Notes: generated by a model not told the origin, from the sequence alone. DNA of 45,680 nt from Draconibacterium orientale (GCA_020719165.1 DYQT01000001.1:1-45680); one strand, 5' to 3'; shown: positions 28,420 to 37,999, counted from the first letter of the stretch. Translations and numbers: made by a program.

Positions 28420-28792
28420 GGGGCTGACTGGTTTTGACAGCAGGGAAGTGGAATTGTAAGCATGCCGAGTGTTCGTGAGCAGGCCTCGTAAAAAGTCAGC
28501 TTACACAGCCATTAACTGGCGACAATTATTCTTACAGACTTGCTGCTTAATTTTAGAAATTAAGCGCGTCTTGTCTCCCGGAAAACCTCTCTCAACGGTG
28601 TTCCGAATGAGGCATCGCAAATGTTGAGATAACATGGTTATTGTTTCGCTAACTGTGTGAAATAACAGGAACTAAGGATCTGGTAGGTTTGCCACTGACC
28701 GGCCGGCTCCCGACAATTAACCAGCGGCTAAGCATGTAGAAAGCATTTTTGCTACTTGTTTGGACGAGGGTTCGAATCCCTCCAGCTCCACC
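28420..28792 (+). ncRNA. ssrA: tmRNA (transfer-messenger RNA)
   Basis: The 5' ggggctg pairs with the 3' cagctcc, followed by acc. The T-arm is gagggttcgaatccctc. An internal tag frame at 28518..28550 (ggc gac aat tat tct tac aga ctt gct gct taa) encodes GDNYSYRLAA. The stop codon lies in the hairpin gcttaattt/aaattaagc. Confidence 0.9.
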
Positions 28793-28804
28793 GGCAGAAT
28801 CAAT

Positions 28805-28850
28805 CTGAAACAAGAGGGAGTGCACAGAAGTGCCTTCCCTCTTGTTTCAG
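28805..28850 (+). terminator. Strong hairpin downstream of ssrA, likely a terminator or processing structure
   Basis: A perfect 15-bp stem pairs ctgaaacaagaggga (28805..28819) with tccctcttgtttcag (28836..28850), with inner gcac/gtgc pairing. No clear U-tract follows. Confidence 0.55.
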
Positions 28851-28871
28851 AAATTTCTCTCCGAATTCAAA

Positions 28872-28879
28872 TAATTTTG
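28872..28879 (+). promoter_or_regulatory. Candidate -7 promoter box (TAnnTTTG) for the GT2/TMTC-like operon
   Basis: taattttg ends only 5 nt before the ATG at 28885, which would imply a leaderless or very short leader mRNA. This is weak evidence. Confidence 0.3.
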
Positions 28880-28884
28880 ACTTT

Positions 28885-29631
28885 ATGCTGTTAGGAAAAA
28901 AAATAATAGTTGTTCTTCCAGCCTACAATGCTGAAAAAACCATTGCACAAACCATTGCAGAAATCCCCCTCGACCTCGTTGATGAATATGTGGTTGTAGA
29001 TGATGCCAGTACCGATAACACCCTAAAGGTTGCCAACAACCTAAAGGTAAAAAATCTGATAAAACACGACAAAAACAGGGGCTACGGCGGTAACCAAAAA
29101 ACCTGTTATGATACAGCTCTGCAATTAGATGGCGATATCGTTATCATGTTGCATCCCGACTATCAATACACCCCAAAGCTCATCCCATCAATGGCGCATA
29201 TGATTGCCAGCGGCCTCTACCCGGTTGTCATTGCCTCTCGAATACTTGGTAAAGGTGCCTTGAAAGGAGGCATGCCAAAGTATAAATATATCTCAAACCG
29301 CCTGCTCACATGGGGACAAAATCTGCTGATAAACCAGAAATTATCTGAATATCACTCAGGTTACCGGGCCTTCTCCCGCGAAGTTCTTGAAACAGTTAAT
29401 TATCATGCAAACTCGGACGACTTTGTGTTCGATAACCAAATGCTGGCCCAAATTTTTATGGCTGGCTTCGAAATTGCAGAAATCACCTGCCCGACAAAAT
29501 ACTTCAAAGAGGCCTCCTCCATCAACCTGAGGCGAAGCATCAAATACGGACTAGGCGTACTGAAAACATCTTTTGGCTATTTCCTTCATAAACAAAGAAT
29601 TATTTCGCTTTCTTTGTACGAATCAAAATAG
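28885..29631 (+). CDS. Family 2 glycosyltransferase, Dpm1/ArnC/GtrB-like candidate polyprenyl-phosphate sugar synthase
   Basis: KIIVVLPAYNAEKTIAQTI, VVVDDASTDNT, NRGYGGNQKT and MLHPDYQY are present. It is ~248 aa with no obvious transmembrane segment. The ORF-track start at 28756 lies inside the tmRNA gene and is rejected in favour of the ATG at 28885. Confidence 0.75.
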   Translation: MLLGKKIIVVLPAYNAEKTIAQTIAEIPLDLVDEYVVVDDASTDNTLKVANNLKVKNLIKHDKNRGYGGNQKTCYDTALQLDGDIVIMLHPDYQYTPKLIPSMAHMIASGLYPVVIASRILGKGALKGGMPKYKYISNRLLTWGQNLLINQKLSEYHSGYRAFSREVLETVNYHANSDDFVFDNQMLAQIFMAGFEIAEITCPTKYFKEASSINLRRSIKYGLGVLKTSFGYFLHKQRIISLSLYESK

Positions 29632-29638
29632 ACTGCTT

Positions 29639-31705
29639 ATGTCCCAAAGGCAACATGGAGGATTGGGAAAAAAGCAAAATCCTCCTGCACCAAATTTTCA
29701 ACCAACGAAAAAAAATGATTCCGGCCATTCTGGTATATGGTCTGTTGTGTTAAAAAATCATCATGTTTCAGGATCACTCTTCATTATTTTACTAAGCCTG
29801 GGACTATATTTTAACACCATCTGGCATGATTACGCATTAGACGACAGAGCTGTTATCCAGGATAACCGATTCACCCAGCAGGGTTTCGCAGGAATTCCGC
29901 TACTGCTTCGAACTTTTTACTGGCAGGGTTTTTGGGACGACAACGCCGGATTATATCGTCCATTATCCATGATCACTTTTGCCATCGAATGGCAAATTTC
30001 TCCTGGGAACCCGCATCTAAGCCATGCGACAAATGTTATTTTATATGCAATTTCCGGATATTTATTATTTGTAGTGTTATCGCTGCTTTTATCAAAGTAC
30101 AACAAATTCCTTCCTTTTTTAATCTCGGTGCTGTACACAGCACATCCAATTCATACTGAAGTTGTTGCAAATATTAAAAGCCGGGATGAAATCCTCTGCT
30201 TTCTTTTGTTTCTGCTTACCCTCTTTTTCATTCTGCGTTACATCCGAAAAAAATCAATCCCCAGTCTGATTTTTTCTGTCATTTCCTATTTTCTGTGTCT
30301 CTTATCCAAGGAAAGTGCTGTGACATTTCTATTTATTTTTCCTGCTGTTCTGTATTTCTTTACGGAAGTTCCTTTTAAAAGCTATTTGCGGATCCTACTT
30401 CCGTTTGTGATCACTTTGATCGCCTACTTAATTCTGCGCTTGCTTATCCTTGATGCCATAACCACAACGAAAATATATACTTACCTCGATAATTCCCTGG
30501 TAAGCGCTCCAAATATTGGAATTCGTCTCGCCACCTCCATCTATATTCTTGGAAAATATCTTTGGCTTTTAATCATTCCGTTCCCCTTATCTTATGACTA
30601 CTCCTTTCTGGAAATACCTTTCCGGCAATGGACCGATTATCAAACCTTAATACCATTGGTTATTTATACTGGTGCCGGAATTTTTGCATGCTATAATATC
30701 CTCACCGGGAAAAAAGATTTGTTCTCCTTCGGCATTTTCTTTTTCTTTGTAACCATCGCCATCGTATCAAACGTTTTTTTTCTTATCGGCGCTACCATGG
30801 CAGAACGATTTCTCTACATCCCCTCGCTGGGTTTTTGTATGATTGCCGGAACACTGATTCTAAAGGTGTTCAAGGTGCCGTTATTTGTCCAAACCAATAC
30901 AAGTATTGCATCCCAGGTTCCTAAAAACAGACTATTGTGGTCACTCCTATTTGTCATATTGACCATCTTTTCTTATCTGGTAATCAACAGAAATAAAGAC
31001 TGGGAAAATTCTCTTATACTTTTTGAGAAGGATGTTGCTGCAACACCAGGCAGTTCGAGAACACATTATAATTTTGGGACGGTGGCGCTGGCCAGATACA
31101 ACCGGAATAATCCGGATACCGCAGCAAACAACAAGGCTCTTGCAACCGCGTTGGCAGAATTAACCCAATCACTGGCAATTGACCCTTATAGCCCTTTGGC
31201 CCTGATGAACATTGCCAACACCTACTACCTGCAGGGTAATTATCCACTTGCTATTGAAAAAGCAACGCAAAGTCTTGTTTACAATCCGGGAGATGCCAAA
31301 GCATTCAGCGTTTTAGGAAACGCCTTTTACCGCGTTCGGGCATATCCCCAGGCTGTTGAGACTTTACAAAAATCTATCCAGTTAAAATACTACACCTCTG
31401 AAACTTACAATTTTCTCGGAGGAGCATACGTGGGGCTTTCCAACCTGCCTGACGCCATATTGGCCTATCAAAAAGCAATAGAACTCGACAAAACTAACGT
31501 TGAATTGGTTTCTAATCTCGCCAGTGTTTACGGCATGTCAAAAAACTATCCGCAAGCCATTTATTATTTTAAAAAAGCAACTATTCTGAAACCGGATAAC
31601 CCGCAGTTTTATTTAATGATCAGCACTACTTTTATGAATATGGGCAAACAGGATAGCGCTTTATATTATGCTGATTTAGCTTCAAAAATTCAGACCAGGA
31701 GATAA
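29639..31705 (+). CDS. TMTC-like GT-C membrane glycosyltransferase candidate with C-terminal TPR repeats (paralogue 1)
   Basis: The first loop carries an acidic pair (YALDDRAVIQDN). The DUF1736-type motif is HPIHTEVVANIKSRDEIL. There are many hydrophobic spans and a ~220-aa TPR tail. The ATG at 29639 is 7 nt after the GT2 stop. The TTG start at 29573 is rejected. Confidence 0.7.
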   Translation: MSQRQHGGLGKKQNPPAPNFQPTKKNDSGHSGIWSVVLKNHHVSGSLFIILLSLGLYFNTIWHDYALDDRAVIQDNRFTQQGFAGIPLLLRTFYWQGFWDDNAGLYRPLSMITFAIEWQISPGNPHLSHATNVILYAISGYLLFVVLSLLLSKYNKFLPFLISVLYTAHPIHTEVVANIKSRDEILCFLLFLLTLFFILRYIRKKSIPSLIFSVISYFLCLLSKESAVTFLFIFPAVLYFFTEVPFKSYLRILLPFVITLIAYLILRLLILDAITTTKIYTYLDNSLVSAPNIGIRLATSIYILGKYLWLLIIPFPLSYDYSFLEIPFRQWTDYQTLIPLVIYTGAGIFACYNILTGKKDLFSFGIFFFFVTIAIVSNVFFLIGATMAERFLYIPSLGFCMIAGTLILKVFKVPLFVQTNTSIASQVPKNRLLWSLLFVILTIFSYLVINRNKDWENSLILFEKDVAATPGSSRTHYNFGTVALARYNRNNPDTAANNKALATALAELTQSLAIDPYSPLALMNIANTYYLQGNYPLAIEKATQSLVYNPGDAKAFSVLGNAFYRVRAYPQAVETLQKSIQLKYYTSETYNFLGGAYVGLSNLPDAILAYQKAIELDKTNVELVSNLASVYGMSKNYPQAIYYFKKATILKPDNPQFYLMISTTFMNMGKQDSALYYADLASKIQTRR

Positions 31706-31742
31706 TCAGAGAGCAAAATTGTTCATTAACAATACACACAAG

Positions 31743-33689
31743 ATGACAAGTGTCAAATCATTCCATGGATATCTTCCACATGCTATTTTAATTGCCTTTA
31801 CCTTCGTTTTATATGCCAACACCCTTTTTTACGATTATACCCTCGATGATCTGATCGTAATCAAAGACAATGCCTTTACAAAAAAAGGGATAGACGGGCT
31901 TAAGGAGATTTTTCAATATGATTCCTTTACCGGTTTCTTTGGAACTCAAAAAACATTGGTTGCCGGCGGCAGATACCGACCACTCTCCATTGCAACATTT
32001 GCAGTTGAATATACTATGTTCAATGGGTTCAACCCACTTTTCAGCCGCGTGGTCAACATCTTCCTTTATGGGATAACCGGAATGCTGATCCTGCTGATTT
32101 TTTCAAGATTCAACCTGCAGAAACCTGGCAGTAAATGGTATTATACGATCCCGTTTATCACGGCTATTCTTTTTATTGCTCACCCTGTCCATACAGAAGT
32201 TGTTGCAAATATCAAGGGAAGAGACGAAATTCTGGCCCTGCTTTTTTCGTTGATTTCTTTATGGTTTTTCCTGCTTTATCTTGACAAAAAGAAACAATAT
32301 CACATTGTCCTGTCGGCATTGAGTTTCTTCCTGGGCTTGCTCTCAAAAGAAAATGCCATCATGTTTCTTTTCATGATCCCGCTATCAGTATATTTTTTCA
32401 CAAAACACTCTGTTAAAAGAACGCTTCTCAGTACCGGCCCATTACTCATGGCTGCGATCCTCTTCATTTTTATCAGATTTTTGGTGCTGGGGTATCTGAA
32501 TTCACCAGAGTTACCGAAGGAGCTCCTTAACAACCCATTCCTGTTTGCAACGAACGGCCAGAAAATCGGTACAATTTTATACACATTGGGATTGTATGTT
32601 AAACTGTTGTTTTTCCCTTATCCGCTAACTCATGACTATTATCCTTATCATATTCCTTTGGTAGATTTCTCGGATGTCAGATCCCTGATACCATTAATAA
32701 TCTATCTCGCATTGATACTATATGCCATCGTGCAGTTTAAAAGAAAAGATCCGGTGTCGTTTGGCATTCTATTTTACATCAGCACCTTGTTTATTGTGTC
32801 AAACATCTTGTTCTCCGTCGGAACGTTCATGAATGAGCGTTTTATCTACATGCCATCCCTCGGATTTGTTTTCATTATTTCCTACCTCCTGGTAACTCTT
32901 TTATCAAAACGGATTAACACAAAAAGCTCCCTGAATGCAGCAATTCTGGTTGTTTTACTTATATTATTAATCCCACTTACAGTTAAAACCATTTCGCGGA
33001 ACCGTGCATGGAAAGATGATTTCACCCTTTTTACTACAGATGTTCAGGTCTCTGAAAACAGCTTGAAATGCAATACCTCGGCAGGTGGAAAGTATTTGGA
33101 AAAAGCCCAGGCAGACCAGTCGCCGGAAGAGAAAGAGCATGACTTTCAGTTGGCAATAAAGCACCTCGAGAAGGCCCTAAGCATTTATCCATATAACAAC
33201 AATAGCTTAATATTATTAGGCAATGCCCTTGTTTTTTATCATCAGGATTACAAAAAAGCCATAGAACAATACTTGAAAGTACTATCCTTCGATCGTTACG
33301 ACCGAAATGCATACAGCAATTTATTTAAAGTGCTAACCATGGTCGATGATGCAAAGGAGACCGGTTATAAATTGCATCTATTATTGGATCTGAATAAAAT
33401 AAACCCCGAAGTACCTGAAGTAAATTCTTTGCTGGGTAAATTATATGGCCAATACATGGGAAATCTTGATTCGGCAGCATTCTTTCTATTGAAAGCGACA
33501 AATTTGGCCCCCGACAATCCCGCTTCGTTCAAAGACCTTGGAATCGTGTATGGCTTACAAAAAGATTACCCCCGTGCATTACAGGCATTTCAGAGAGCAT
33601 TGAATCTTGAACCAAATGATCCTCAAACCAAACAAAATATTGAAATTACGTATGGTCTGATAGAACAAAATGCGAAAAAATCGAATTGA
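31743..33689 (+). CDS. TMTC-like GT-C membrane glycosyltransferase candidate with C-terminal TPR repeats (paralogue 2)
   Basis: It has YTLDDLIVIKDN, HPVHTEVVANIKGRDEIL, a polytopic N-terminal domain and a TPR tail. The ATG at 31743 is preferred over the TTG at 31719. Confidence 0.7.
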   Translation: MTSVKSFHGYLPHAILIAFTFVLYANTLFYDYTLDDLIVIKDNAFTKKGIDGLKEIFQYDSFTGFFGTQKTLVAGGRYRPLSIATFAVEYTMFNGFNPLFSRVVNIFLYGITGMLILLIFSRFNLQKPGSKWYYTIPFITAILFIAHPVHTEVVANIKGRDEILALLFSLISLWFFLLYLDKKKQYHIVLSALSFFLGLLSKENAIMFLFMIPLSVYFFTKHSVKRTLLSTGPLLMAAILFIFIRFLVLGYLNSPELPKELLNNPFLFATNGQKIGTILYTLGLYVKLLFFPYPLTHDYYPYHIPLVDFSDVRSLIPLIIYLALILYAIVQFKRKDPVSFGILFYISTLFIVSNILFSVGTFMNERFIYMPSLGFVFIISYLLVTLLSKRINTKSSLNAAILVVLLILLIPLTVKTISRNRAWKDDFTLFTTDVQVSENSLKCNTSAGGKYLEKAQADQSPEEKEHDFQLAIKHLEKALSIYPYNNNSLILLGNALVFYHQDYKKAIEQYLKVLSFDRYDRNAYSNLFKVLTMVDDAKETGYKLHLLLDLNKINPEVPEVNSLLGKLYGQYMGNLDSAAFFLLKATNLAPDNPASFKDLGIVYGLQKDYPRALQAFQRALNLEPNDPQTKQNIEITYGLIEQNAKKSN

Positions 33690-33747
33690 TTCAATGATTC
33701 GCAAAAATGATGATTGATACTTCAGATTAACAGCAAGTAAATATCCT

Positions 33748-35574
33748 ATGGCAGCAAAAAAGAAAGTGCAAAAAAAACAGGACCAATTCTGGAATTATAA
33801 AATTCTTCTTGTTCTTATATTCACAGGCATCTCCTATTATCCATCAATAAAAAACGGTTTTCTCAACTGGGACGACATAATTTATGTGATGAATAACGAC
33901 ATGATCAAAACGCTTTCGCTTGAAAATTTGACGAAAATGTTTTCGACCTACTACATGGGAAATTATCATCCTTTTATTATCCTGAGCTTCGCATTTGATT
34001 ATTCATTTTTTCAGCTCTTCCCAACCGGTTATCATGTTCACAATCTACTCCTTCACCTGATAAATACTTTTTTCGTATATGCCTTTATCTATGTTTTATT
34101 TAATAAAAACATTAACCTTGCTTTGATTGTTGCCGTTCTGTTCGCAATTCATCCGATGCATGTTGAATCAGTTGCATGGATTTCAGAACGAAAAGATCTT
34201 TTATATACGCTGTATTTCATCACAGCATTGATCTCCTATTTATACTATATCAATAAAAAGGAGGCAAAGTATCTCATTTTATCGGTACTCCTTTTTGTTT
34301 TTTCATTGCTGTCGAAAGCTCAGGCGGTTACCTTGCCATTGGTGCTGATTTTAATTGACTATTTAATCTCCCGGAAAATCAGCATGAAAACAATCATGGA
34401 GAAAATTCCGTTTTTCATTTTATCACTGGTTTTCGGGATTGTTGCAATTTATGCTCAAAAAGCGGACAACTCAATCAATCCAAACAGCATCTCTGTATTG
34501 CACAGCTTATTCTATGCGCAATACAGCATCTGGGTGTATCTATTTAAATTAGTCCTGCCGATCAATCAAACCTGTCTTTATGAATATCCTGTTGATTTAA
34601 ATGGACAACCTCCCTTTTACATTTTTTTCTCCCCTTTGATCATCCTTTTAATTGGGTTTTTCATTTTCAAAACCTGGAAAAAGTGGAACATCGGAACTTT
34701 TGGCATTTTATTTTTTCTGGCAACCATTTTCCCGGTTCTTCAGTTTCTCCCGGTCGGACAGGCTGTTGTCGCCGAACGTTATACATACATCCCCTATATC
34801 GGACTTTTCATACTGCTTGGTTCACTGTTTTTAAGTATCCGGAACAGAGCCGGTAAACCTGCCACCAGGATGCTCTATACTTACGGTGGCTTCGTAATTC
34901 TGGCCCTGTTTGCCTTGACTACCTTTAACCGATCGAAAGTTTGGTACGACAGTGTTAGTTTATGGTCTGATGTGATCGAAAAAAACCCAAAATCGATTAC
35001 TGCCCATGTGAACAGGGGATATATGTATAATCAATATAAGGAATATGACAAGGCGATCAGAGATTGTAACGAAGGGATTAAACTTGACTCTAATTATTTT
35101 AAGTTTTATGTAAACAGGGCTGTTTCATATCGGAATATGGGGCAATATGACGTTGCCCTTGCCGACTTCTCGAAGGCTTTGTTGAAAAATCCGAAAGATT
35201 ATAGCACATACCTCGACAGAGGCATCCTCTATACCGACCGGTTTATGAAATATGACCAGGGAATTGCTGATTTTAAAATTTATCTCACACACCGGGCCGA
35301 TGATGTAAATGGCTATCATAACATGGCTGTTGCCTACTTTAAAAAGCAAAGTTATGACAGCGCTGTAATTTATTGTGATCTTGCTCTTGAAAAATCTCCT
35401 GAGTTGGCCGGGCCATACTATATTAAAGCATTGGTCAGTGATGCGGCAGGAGATTTTTCTAGTGCATTTTCCTTTGGCTCAAAAGCAAGACAACTTGGAT
35501 ACACCATCGATGAAACTCTCTTGCAAAACTGGCAGCAAAAAGCTGGAATTCCCAAAGTGACATTAACCCCTTAA
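33748..35574 (+). CDS. TMTC-like GT-C membrane glycosyltransferase candidate with C-terminal TPR repeats (paralogue 3, most divergent)
   Basis: It has LNWDDIIYVMNN, HPMHVESVAWISERKDLL, a polytopic N-terminal domain and a TPR tail (NRGYMYNQYKEYDKAIRDCNEGIKLD...). Confidence 0.7.
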   Translation: MAAKKKVQKKQDQFWNYKILLVLIFTGISYYPSIKNGFLNWDDIIYVMNNDMIKTLSLENLTKMFSTYYMGNYHPFIILSFAFDYSFFQLFPTGYHVHNLLLHLINTFFVYAFIYVLFNKNINLALIVAVLFAIHPMHVESVAWISERKDLLYTLYFITALISYLYYINKKEAKYLILSVLLFVFSLLSKAQAVTLPLVLILIDYLISRKISMKTIMEKIPFFILSLVFGIVAIYAQKADNSINPNSISVLHSLFYAQYSIWVYLFKLVLPINQTCLYEYPVDLNGQPPFYIFFSPLIILLIGFFIFKTWKKWNIGTFGILFFLATIFPVLQFLPVGQAVVAERYTYIPYIGLFILLGSLFLSIRNRAGKPATRMLYTYGGFVILALFALTTFNRSKVWYDSVSLWSDVIEKNPKSITAHVNRGYMYNQYKEYDKAIRDCNEGIKLDSNYFKFYVNRAVSYRNMGQYDVALADFSKALLKNPKDYSTYLDRGILYTDRFMKYDQGIADFKIYLTHRADDVNGYHNMAVAYFKKQSYDSAVIYCDLALEKSPELAGPYYIKALVSDAAGDFSSAFSFGSKARQLGYTIDETLLQNWQQKAGIPKVTLTP

Positions 35575-37511
35575 TGCTTATCCGGGCGACTACCCGTGAG
35601 GCTTTTAACACGCTCCTTATCCCCAAGATTGGAAAGCGTGACAATCAGATTGTTTACAATGTTTGGATCATTTGGGTCTATTTTATATCCTTTTTCAAGG
35701 TATAATGCTGATTTTTTGTAATCTCCCTTCATGGCATAAACAATACCAAGGGCACTTAAACATTCCACCCTGTTGCTATCAAAAACATAGGCCCGGTTTA
35801 AATTCACAAGGGCAGAGTCAATGTTGTTCAATTGCTTTCCGAAAACGAATGCTTTCTTATAATAGGGATCATACCTTTCGCCGGCAATGCTCAGCAATTC
35901 GTTATAATACTGAATTTTCATTTGCGGAGGAACAAGTTGCTCAACTGCAATAAGATAATTGGCATATGCTTTTACATAGCCTTGGTTCATCTTCAATGTT
36001 TCAGCGTACATGCTGATCGCCCTTTCGAATTGCCGATCATTAAAATAAGCATTTCCCAGAAGAAAGGTTTCTGTTGTCGACCTGTTTAATTTTGCCGCCT
36101 GCTCGAGATATTCGATTGCAAGTTTAACATATTTCTTAACCTTTTGGGTATCCTTTTCCGTTTCAAGCCGGGTAAGTAATTCCTGCCCTGCAAACCGCGT
36201 TATGATTGCGCTGTTTTTCGAAATCTGAACATCGGTTGTGTATAAAGTGAAATTATCTTTCCAGTCGAAATTGCGCGAAATCGTTTTGATGCCAAGCAGC
36301 AAAAGCAGTGGCACGAAGAAATAAACCGCGGCATTTTGAAGTTTAAATTTTGCCATAGCCGCTAAAATGAGCCAGACAATGGCTAAAATGAATCCGACCG
36401 AGGGTATAAAAGCAAACCTTTCTCCCAAAAACGGCCCGATTGAAAAAAGCAAATTCGACACCGGCAGCAAGGCAACCAGATAAAAAAGAAACCCATACCC
36501 AGCGATGTTCTTACGATAGGTAAAAAAAACAGCTCCAACGGTCAGCCCAAGGTACAAGACAATTGGGAGAATGGCCTTCCAGCTTGACAATCCGTTATAT
36601 GCAATATAAAACGGATAATAATCAATGGTTAAATTGATGGGCAGCAACAGCAATTTCAGATACAATCCCAAGGTGTAAAATGTTGTACCGTAGCGTTCCG
36701 AAAATCCATTGGCATACATATATGCATTGCTGAGAATGTTATCAGGCATCGAAGGTTTCGTACTCCATCCAAGTACACTCTGGCGAAGCAGCATGAATAA
36801 TATAAATCCTCCAGCCAAACCGATGGAGGTTGCGAAAATTACTTTGCGGGAATTTTTCCTGGTCTTAAAGCAAAAAATCGAAAGTGGAATGAGCACCAAA
36901 AGCGGGGCTGAACTTTCTTTCGACAGGAGTGACAGAAAGAAAAACAGTCCGGCGAAAACAACGTCTCTGATTTTTGATCTTTCGGCATATTTCAACGAGA
37001 AATTCCACGAAAGGAGCCCGAACAAAAGAGCCATCAACTCATCTCTGCCTTTAATATTCGCAACCACCTCGGTATGTATGGGGTGAACTGCAAAAATCAA
37101 TGTTGACATCAATGACAAACTCAAAAAATAATCCTGAAATCTGGAAAAGACCAGTTTATCGTGAAACAATGTGGTGAATACTTTCAATAATAGCATACAT
37201 ATCAAACCAAACAGAATGACATTAATAAGATGGCTGACATGGGGATTGCCTCCTGAGTATTCATGCTCAATGCTAAAAGTAATTAAGGACAATGGCCGAT
37301 AGCGCCCACCCCTGAAAAGATTTTTCTGTCCTGTAAATCCAAAGAAACTATCATTCAGAAGGTGCCCCGGGATCCCTTGCAACCCTTGTTTGGTAAACTT
37401 GTTATCCTGAATAACGCTGTAATCGTCGTAGGCATATTTATTGGGTATTGTGTTAATATAAACCAGAGCCCCAAAAAGGAAAACGACAATGTAAATGGAT
37501 TTAATCTTCAT
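35571..37511 (-). CDS. TMTC-like GT-C membrane glycosyltransferase candidate with C-terminal TPR repeats (paralogue 4, convergent)
   Basis: It has YAYDDYSVIQDN, HPIHTEVVANIKGRDELM, a polytopic N-terminal domain and a TPR tail. Its stop codon overlaps the stop of paralogue 3 within the tetranucleotide ttaa (35571..35574). Confidence 0.7.
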   Translation of the reverse strand: MKIKSIYIVVFLFGALVYINTIPNKYAYDDYSVIQDNKFTKQGLQGIPGHLLNDSFFGFTGQKNLFRGGRYRPLSLITFSIEHEYSGGNPHVSHLINVILFGLICMLLLKVFTTLFHDKLVFSRFQDYFLSLSLMSTLIFAVHPIHTEVVANIKGRDELMALLFGLLSWNFSLKYAERSKIRDVVFAGLFFFLSLLSKESSAPLLVLIPLSIFCFKTRKNSRKVIFATSIGLAGGFILFMLLRQSVLGWSTKPSMPDNILSNAYMYANGFSERYGTTFYTLGLYLKLLLLPINLTIDYYPFYIAYNGLSSWKAILPIVLYLGLTVGAVFFTYRKNIAGYGFLFYLVALLPVSNLLFSIGPFLGERFAFIPSVGFILAIVWLILAAMAKFKLQNAAVYFFVPLLLLLGIKTISRNFDWKDNFTLYTTDVQISKNSAIITRFAGQELLTRLETEKDTQKVKKYVKLAIEYLEQAAKLNRSTTETFLLGNAYFNDRQFERAISMYAETLKMNQGYVKAYANYLIAVEQLVPPQMKIQYYNELLSIAGERYDPYYKKAFVFGKQLNNIDSALVNLNRAYVFDSNRVECLSALGIVYAMKGDYKKSALYLEKGYKIDPNDPNIVNNLIVTLSNLGDKERVKSLTGSRPDKH

Positions 37512-37991
37512 GCGAAATGTTTGTAATTGTATTTCAAAACTTCAATGGAACATTAAGCCGGCCCGTTGCAGCAAATATCCTAAAAAGATAAAACTTCTGC
37601 AAATCAATTTTATCTGGCCGACAGATTGCACGCCGCAAATTAAAGTTAACATCCTGATCTATTATAAATTGAAAAATGTCTATCATGCTTTTTCATTCGG
37701 TTTTCCAGATACTTGATTTCCCGTAATCCGCAATTGCGCCGGGCAGTTCTTTTTCCGACCTTTGCCAAGATAGAATAGATGCAAAACCATTTTTTAATCA
37801 TTAAATGTAACCCTAACCAAAAACATTTTTGTAATGGTTATAAATAACACTCCTGCTACAAATTTCAAATTTTCTGCTAAACCGCTTCGGAAAAGGCTTT
37901 GGGCGAATATCAATGCAGTATTTCAAAATCTTTTTTGGTATTAAAATAGATCGTCTCTCTGTTTTACTCTTAAAGCTGTAATAATTATCTT

Positions 37992-37999
37992 TACCTTTG
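37992..37999 (+). promoter_or_regulatory. Candidate -7 promoter box (TAnnTTTG) for the FN3-FISUMP gene, implying a long leader
   Basis: tacctttg lies 187 nt upstream of the ATG at 38186 and overlaps one TTTGCAAA octamer. Confidence 0.3.

Noticed and set aside
28756-28884. The N-terminal extension of the GT2 ORF given in the ORF track
   Set aside because: It begins inside the tmRNA 3' domain and reads through the tmRNA hairpin terminator. The GT2 homology begins at the ATG at 28885.
29573-29638. TTG-initiated 5' extensions of ORF-track genes (also 31719..31742, 38123..38185, 13916..13939, 8287..8313, 22748..22852 and 14548..14586)
   Set aside because: Each extension overlaps an upstream gene, promoter box or RNA gene, or precedes an ATG that leads into a typical N-terminus or signal peptide. 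The downstream ATG is preferred.
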